From an uncultured delta proteobacterium (lineage in GTDB: Bacteria; Desulfobacterota; Binatia; UBA9968): a stretch of DNA of 64,000 nt. Shown piece by piece: positions 58,522-64,000 of this stretch (positions within the stretch are counted from its first letter, which is position 1; each line of letters begins with the position of its first letter). The DNA lies in assembly GCA_963771465.1 (NCBI GenBank), contig CAVYTU010000018.1:64001-128000 (forward strand). Reading direction: 5' to 3'. The notes under the pieces were generated by a model. That model was not told the origin of the DNA, did no database searches, and saw nothing but the letters and a program-made list of their open reading frames with translations. The translations under genes were made by a program, and so were the position numbers.

Positions 58522-59760
58522 TCAATCCTTCTTCGCGCGTTGAATTTGAAACCGACGCACTTGCGGGAACCACGCTATGACCAGGCCGACGATCGCCAAA
58601 GTCGCCAAGCCGCCGGTGAGCGCCGAAAGCTTCGTGCCGATCCAGGCGGCCACCACGCCGCTCTCGAACTGCCCGAGCTGGGGGCCGCTGCTGGTAAAGA
58701 TGCTGTTGATCGACGACATGCGACCGCGCAGCGCATCCGGGGTGCTCAACTGATTGGCGGTGGAGCGCAGAATTGAACTGATCGTATCGCCGGCGCCGCA
58801 TAGCGCGAGCATCAACACGGAGAACCAAAAAATTTCCGAGCCGGCGAACAATATGGTGGCGACGCCGTAGATGGCGACGCCGATGAGGATCCACCGTCCG
58901 GTGCGCCGGATCGGCGGCAGCAAGGTCATCGCCACAGCGGCGACGAGCGAACCGACGGCGCGCGAGGCGTAGAGCAGGCCGAGGCCGCGCGGGCCGACTT
59001 GCAAAATGTCGCGCGCGTAAATCGGAAACAGACCACGCACGTTGCCGAAAAAAGTCGCGCCGAAATCGAGCACCATCAAGGGCAAAATCACGCCGTGACC
59101 GCGCACGAAGCGCAGGCCGTCACGCAAAGCGCTGAGGGACACACTGCGCCACCCGCCGCCCTCCGGTATGCTTGTTTTCAAGGACGCTAGCGCGCCGAGC
59201 ATGGCGAGCCAAGAGAGCGCATCGACCAAGTAACAGGCTGCCGGACCGTACAATGCGAGCACGATGCCGGCCAGCGACGGCCCGGCGATCACCGGGACGT
59301 AGCGTTGGGTTCCCTGGAGCGCCAAGGCTTGGGGCAACGCTTCGCGCGGCACCAAGTTCGGAATCATCGACTGGCGCGACGGTTGTTCCATCGAGGTGAA
59401 AAGCGCCAGGAAGACGGTGGCGACGTAAAGCATATGCGGCGATGCTCTGCCGGCGAATGTCAGCATGGCCAGCGCGGCGGAGACACAACACAGACCGCTC
59501 TGGGTGCACATCATGAGCTTACGCCGGTTGACCGCGTCGGCGAGCAAGCCGGCGAAGAGTAATAAAATAGTTTGCGGTATCGCCCGCGCCAGGCCGATCA
59601 TGCCGATCTGCAACGGCGAGTTGGTCAGCTCGTAAATCTGCCACGCCATCGCCACGGTGGTGAACTGGCTACCGATGCCGGATAACATCGAGCCGATCCA
59701 GAAAAGGCGAAAATCCCTATTGCGGAAGGGTGAAAAAGTGTCTCGGTCGGTGCTGCTCAC
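58522..59760 (-). CDS. MFS transporter (EntS/DHA3-like)
   Basis: FRNRDFRLFW, AMAWQIYELTNSPL, GLLADAVNRRK, TPDALRGRMSS, LGQFESG. GTG start. Confidence 0.9.
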   Translation of the reverse strand: MSSTDRDTFSPFRNRDFRLFWIGSMLSGIGSQFTTVAMAWQIYELTNSPLQIGMIGLARAIPQTILLLFAGLLADAVNRRKLMMCTQSGLCCVSAALAMLTFAGRASPHMLYVATVFLALFTSMEQPSRQSMIPNLVPREALPQALALQGTQRYVPVIAGPSLAGIVLALYGPAACYLVDALSWLAMLGALASLKTSIPEGGGWRSVSLSALRDGLRFVRGHGVILPLMVLDFGATFFGNVRGLFPIYARDILQVGPRGLGLLYASRAVGSLVAAVAMTLLPPIRRTGRWILIGVAIYGVATILFAGSEIFWFSVLMLALCGAGDTISSILRSTANQLSTPDALRGRMSSINSIFTSSGPQLGQFESGVVAAWIGTKLSALTGGLATLAIVGLVIAWFPQVRRFQIQRAKKD

Positions 59761-59906
59761 TTGACGGTCGGTTTCTAATCGCCGCGATTCGATCTAACGG
59801 TCGTCCCAGCGCTCGCTCGGCCAGTGGCTGGGGCCGTACTGCGAAATCGACGTGGAAAAGCAATTGTGCTTTTCCCATGAAAGTCTGAGTTTACGCTTGG
59901 GCGACG

Positions 59907-60875
59907 CTATCGTTTCATCTCGGCCAAGACTTCTTTCAACAAGCTGTAGTCCACCACTTGGGCCAGCGGAACGGCTGTCTTGAGCTTTGCTTGCTCGCGC
60001 ATGAGCTCGATGTCCGTGCGCACGGCGTCGTCGGTGGTCGTGCCGTCTTTGGAATAATTCTTGACGATCTCGCGAAGCGACGCCTCTGCGGTTTTGCGGT
60101 CGAGTTGGAAGTCTTCCATGATGAACGGAATGACCTTTTCGTGATTCGCCGGGTCGCGGGAAAAGTCCATGCCGCGTAGAGATGCGCGGATCGTCCGTTT
60201 CACCTGGGCGGCATTGGATTTAATGCGCGCGTCGGACGTGCCCAATCCGGCCAACACCGTGCGTAGATAGTCGGCCACGTTGCCAAGACTGCGGTAGCCC
60301 AACTCCTCGGCTTTGAAGTTGAACGGAATCGATAGCATCGCCGCGGCGGCGGCACCGCCGTGCAGCGACGCGAACGCATTGGCGGTATTACCCGCGGCGA
60401 TCAAAACAATGTCCTGGTCGGGAGTCATGCCCGCCGCTTTCGCCATGACGCGCGCGCCAACGGCATCGGTGGCGGCGATAGCGGTCACGGCGATCGCTTT
60501 ACCTTTGAGATCCTGAATACGCTTGGTCTCAGGCCGCGCCATCAGGTGAAAGATCGGTTTGTCGAGGGTGAACATCAGCGCTTTTACCGGCACACCAGTG
60601 GCCGCGCCGCGCAGCACAGTACCGCCGGCTGCGATATATTCCATTTCACCGGTCACCACGGCAGTCAGTTGCACGTCCGCTTTGCCCACCGGAAAGCTCG
60701 CTTCCAGTCCTTCGTTTTTAAACAGGCCGAACTTGTCGGCCAAATAGTAATTCAAAAACGTCATGCTCTTGGACGGCATGGCGATGCGGATCGGTTCGGC
60801 CAGCGCGATGCTCGCGCCGAGAAACTGGATGAGACAATGCGCGATCGCTAATCGAAAGCAACGGCCGTATCGCAT
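59907..60875 (-). CDS. NMT1/SsuA-type ABC solute-binding protein
   Basis: GLFKNEGLE, DLKGKAIAV, VVDYSLLKEVLAE. Confidence 0.88.
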   Translation of the reverse strand: MRYGRCFRLAIAHCLIQFLGASIALAEPIRIAMPSKSMTFLNYYLADKFGLFKNEGLEASFPVGKADVQLTAVVTGEMEYIAAGGTVLRGAATGVPVKALMFTLDKPIFHLMARPETKRIQDLKGKAIAVTAIAATDAVGARVMAKAAGMTPDQDIVLIAAGNTANAFASLHGGAAAAAMLSIPFNFKAEELGYRSLGNVADYLRTVLAGLGTSDARIKSNAAQVKRTIRASLRGMDFSRDPANHEKVIPFIMEDFQLDRKTAEASLREIVKNYSKDGTTTDDAVRTDIELMREQAKLKTAVPLAQVVDYSLLKEVLAEMKR

Positions 60876-60885
60876 GATGCTCGCT

Positions 60886-62016
60886 TCAGACCTGGCTCTC
60901 GAGTATTTCCAAGCCATCGAGACGATCGATCAAATAGAGCAAGCCGTTGTCAGCGCGATAAATATCGTTGCTCTTGACGGTTTTCTGCCCGCGTCCCGGA
61001 TTGGGCACGTAGTAACCGACTTCCGCCAAACTGTAGGGATTGCTGATATCGACGACTCGCAATCCGCCGCTAAACCAGGTGACGAACATTTTGTTGTCGT
61101 AGACTTGCTCGGCGGGTTGGTGCGCGCCGTATTGGTGTCCCTGAGCGATGGTGAAAGCTGCCTCGGGATTATACGTCGCCACCGATACCGGCCGCTTTTC
61201 GTCCGTGATGTCGACCATCCACATGAACGCCGGCGGCGTCGGCGCGAGCTTGCCGGCTTCTTCGTCGACCACCACCATCATGTCGCGGCCCATGAGTTTC
61301 CATGGTATCGGCAGCGTCGTGTGGATCGGCGAAGGGTAGGACGGGGACCAGTTGAGGCCGCTGATAAATTTCGGTTTGCTCATGTCGGTGATATCGAGAA
61401 TCACGAAGCCGCCGTGCCAGTAACTGACGTAGAGCCGATCGCCGTAGCGAATCGGATGGTGGCACTGGTGCGCCGTGCCTTCCCACCCCGGTGTCTCTCC
61501 GCCGCCAGTCCACTGGCCGGGCATCCACCAGCGGCCGACTTCGGTCGGGCGCGTCGGGTCTTTCAAATCCAAGATCATCGGAATGCGTCCAATGTATCCT
61601 TCAAGGTGAACCGAAATATAAGCGTAGCGTCCATCGAAGGTGAAACGATGTACGCCGCCGTGGGTTTCAAAAAACGCGATCTCTTTGGGCTTCTCGCGGT
61701 TGGCGATGTCGTAAATTTTCAGCCCCGTCGGCAGTTTTTCTTTGCCGCGGTATCTTTCCAAATTCACCAGCATGACATCGCCGCTCACCCGCACCTTGTG
61801 CGAGTGCACACCCTGCGGGATTTCGATCTCTGCGATGATCTTCGGATGCTTGGGATCTTTGACGTTAAGAATCGTCGTGCCATGCGGCGGGTCCATGTGG
61901 CCGACGTAGGCGTAGCCGTTCTCGACGACGACTTGCCCGCCACCTGCTATGTCAGTGCGGCCGACGAGTTTTACGTTCTTGCTGATGCCAAACACTGGCG
62001 CGCTTCCTTCGCTCAT
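60886..62016 (-). CDS. LVIVD-repeat beta-propeller protein
   Basis: Repeats YAYVGH..TILNVKDPKHP, LKIYDIANREKP, FVILDITDMSKP, LRVVDISNPYS. Confidence 0.85.
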   Translation of the reverse strand: MSEGSAPVFGISKNVKLVGRTDIAGGGQVVVENGYAYVGHMDPPHGTTILNVKDPKHPKIIAEIEIPQGVHSHKVRVSGDVMLVNLERYRGKEKLPTGLKIYDIANREKPKEIAFFETHGGVHRFTFDGRYAYISVHLEGYIGRIPMILDLKDPTRPTEVGRWWMPGQWTGGGETPGWEGTAHQCHHPIRYGDRLYVSYWHGGFVILDITDMSKPKFISGLNWSPSYPSPIHTTLPIPWKLMGRDMMVVVDEEAGKLAPTPPAFMWMVDITDEKRPVSVATYNPEAAFTIAQGHQYGAHQPAEQVYDNKMFVTWFSGGLRVVDISNPYSLAEVGYYVPNPGRGQKTVKSNDIYRADNGLLYLIDRLDGLEILESQV

Positions 62017-62159
62017 GACTGTTTCTCCCGTTCTGATTGAATGTGTCCTTGTACCAATACCGAGGCGACGCGGTCAAATTGAACCATCACTGATTGACGA
62101 CCGGGCGAGAGTTTTGCGCAAACTTGCCAACTTCGAATAGGCGGGAGATGACCGTCTCG

Positions 62160-62633
62160 TTAGCTGTTGCCCTCGCTTTTGGTGGCATCCTCAAATTTGA
62201 TCAACGTCGCGCCGGTGGCGTCGGAGAGACTGGCGATTATTTCCGCGGGGATGGCTTGAGCTTTGATCGCGTCTGGCCGCTCCGGATGGGGCGCTGCCCA
62301 GACACGCTTTTCGAAACCATCGAGGGCAAGCTCGCCGGCCTTGAGTATTCTGTGCCGCACGGTGAAGCTGCTGCGTCCCCATGCGCCGACTTCGCTTTCG
62401 ACCACGACTTCATCGTCAAAGCGGCAAGGCATGACGAAGCGCGCGCCTACGTCGACGACGGGCAGACCGACGATGCCGTATTTTTGCCGCATCGCTAACG
62501 GTTTCAAGCCGGTGCGCTCGAAGAGGCAGCCGGTGCTGGTGTCAAAGATGATGAAATATTGCGGGTAGAACACGATCCCAGCGGGATCGCACTGTCCCCA
62601 TTCGATGCGTAGCGTGCGTCGGTTGACTAACAA
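62160..62633 (-). CDS. 4-hydroxybenzoyl-CoA thioesterase-family hot-dog protein
   Basis: IEWGQCDPAGIVFYPQYF, PCRFDD, GRSSF. TTG start. Confidence 0.88.
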   Translation of the reverse strand: MLVNRRTLRIEWGQCDPAGIVFYPQYFIIFDTSTGCLFERTGLKPLAMRQKYGIVGLPVVDVGARFVMPCRFDDEVVVESEVGAWGRSSFTVRHRILKAGELALDGFEKRVWAAPHPERPDAIKAQAIPAEIIASLSDATGATLIKFEDATKSEGNS

Positions 62634-62839
62634 GGCGTGCTCCGTTTCCTTTTGTCGAATCCGTCTCTCAATGGCGAAAGATTTTATCGACTAATTTACA
62701 ATATCTCACTTTCGATAATTTCGCAGTCAATATATTCGCATTTCGCGTGAGCCATTCGACGAAGCAAATTGTTCCCGGGTCGCCTGGCGCATTTGAAACA
62801 ATTGACAGGTCTTGCGACTGGTGTTAGCAAGAGCCATCG

Positions 62840-63823
62840 ATGCAGCGCCAGCCGATATCATTTCTCCTCGGTATTCTTCTGCTGTTCAGCTTGCCATCGG
62901 GGATCGCGGCACAAGTCGTACGCATCGGTTATCCATCCCTCGCCACCGGCTTCGCTGCTTCCTGGGTGACGGCTGACAAAGGCATTTGGAAAAAGCATGG
63001 GCTGGAAGTCGAGTTGATTTATCTTCGCGGTGGAGCGCGGACGGTTGCCGCGCTGATCGGTGGCAGCGTCGACTTTATTCTCGGCTCGGACCTGGGCGTG
63101 GTGACCGCGATTCTTCAGGGCGCGAGTCTTACGCGCGTCGGCGTGACCACCAACACGTTGGGCTATTCCATCGTCGTACAGCCGAGTATCAAATCCGTGC
63201 GCGATCTCAAAGGAAAAATCATCGGCATCACGCCAGGGCGGGACGCCGCCTATGCACGGGTGGTTAAGCTCTTACGCGACAACGGTATGGACCCGGCCAA
63301 AGACGTCACTTTTCTGTCCGTCGGCGACGGCGGCCCAGCGGCGCGAGTCGTGGCAATGTCGACGGGGGTAATCCACGCATCGATGTTCACGCCACCGTCG
63401 GACATGATTTCCGAAAAGGCCGGCATGCGAATTCTAGCAAAATTAGACGTTGCCAATGTCGGCGGCGGCATCAACACAACGCCGGCGTTTGTGCAGAAGA
63501 ACCGGCCGCACGCGTTGCGCTTTTTGCGCGGTTATATGGAAGGCATTCAATATTTGAAATCGCACAAGGACGAGAGTTTGAAGATATTCTCCAAGTACGT
63601 GCGCAATCCCGATCTCGCCATCATGGCTTATCTCTACGAAGAAATTTCCACCCGAGCGGAAAAAGAGCTGCGGCCGCAGGCCGAAGCCGTGCGTGCAATG
63701 ATTGATTTGGCCGCTCTCGACTTCCCGCAAGCAAAGAAGTTGACGGAGAAAGATAACACGGACTTGAGCTTGATCGACGAGATTCAGCGCTCCGGGTTCA
63801 TCGATCAGCTTTACAAAAAATGA
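62840..63823 (+). CDS. NMT1/SsuA-type ABC solute-binding protein
   Basis: GIWKKHGLEVELIY, DLKGKIIGI, GMDPAKDVTFL, SGFIDQLYK. Confidence 0.88.
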   Translation: MQRQPISFLLGILLLFSLPSGIAAQVVRIGYPSLATGFAASWVTADKGIWKKHGLEVELIYLRGGARTVAALIGGSVDFILGSDLGVVTAILQGASLTRVGVTTNTLGYSIVVQPSIKSVRDLKGKIIGITPGRDAAYARVVKLLRDNGMDPAKDVTFLSVGDGGPAARVVAMSTGVIHASMFTPPSDMISEKAGMRILAKLDVANVGGGINTTPAFVQKNRPHALRFLRGYMEGIQYLKSHKDESLKIFSKYVRNPDLAIMAYLYEEISTRAEKELRPQAEAVRAMIDLAALDFPQAKKLTEKDNTDLSLIDEIQRSGFIDQLYKK

Positions 63824-63889
63824 AAAGGTCAGGGGTAAACGGTGAGGAGCCGAACCTGCGCGATCTTCTATGATACGCTTTTCTGAGAA

Positions 63890-64000
63890 ATGACTCCCTG
63901 GTTTCAAAAGTGGCGCGAACTGCGCCACACGTTTACCCACACACCGCAAGCGCTTCAGTTGGTTTGGCAGACTAACCGTTGGGCCACCGGTGGATTGGGC
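63890..64000 (+). CDS. 5' end of a CDS, possibly an ABC exporter (permease/ATPase fusion)
   Basis: MTPWFQKWRELRHTFTHTPQALQLVWQTNRWATGGLG is open to the window edge; the ALxLVW motif is typical of ABC exporter N-termini. Confidence 0.5.
   Translation, partial: MTPWFQKWRELRHTFTHTPQALQLVWQTNRWATGGLG

Noticed and set aside
60763-62040. 425-aa plus-strand ORF (similarly 48100-49161 +, 52148-53233 -, 15705-16457 -)
   Set aside because: Antisense shadows of well-supported genes, expected in GC-rich DNA; no motifs.

Overview
A GC-rich, gene-dense bacterial window of about 57 CDS or CDS remnants. I saw no rRNA, tRNA, CRISPR array, integrase or transposase. The gene content (many orphan NMT1/SsuA-type solute-binding proteins, TAXI and TTT transporters, amidohydrolases, Geobacter-like pilins) suggests an uncultured deltaproteobacterial lineage such as Candidatus Binatota; this is inference only. 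Main blocks: two aldo/keto reductases, DoxX and GloB; a two-component cluster (Rcp1-like regulator, His-rich membrane sensor-PAS-PAS kinase, two REC-GAF kinases, FIST protein); a vWA protein; tandem type IV pilins; two NTT-like transporters; a TAXI-TRAP/MetE-like/HDO block facing two Ser-less alpha/beta hydrolases; tesA-ybbAP; a membrane-anchored coiled coil with a 78-aa repeat; and comDE divergent from tctCBA. The best candidate for an undescribed system is the operon at 15.1-20.6 kb. It encodes two heme-oxygenase-like diiron (HDO/CADD/TenA-fold) enzymes, an atypical DapA-family aldolase, a binding protein and a His-tailed EutA-like ATPase, with no eutBC nearby. The window also has several deletion or inversion scars, three +1 frameshifts and families of intergenic repeats. 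All calls come from reading motifs by eye; no searches were run.
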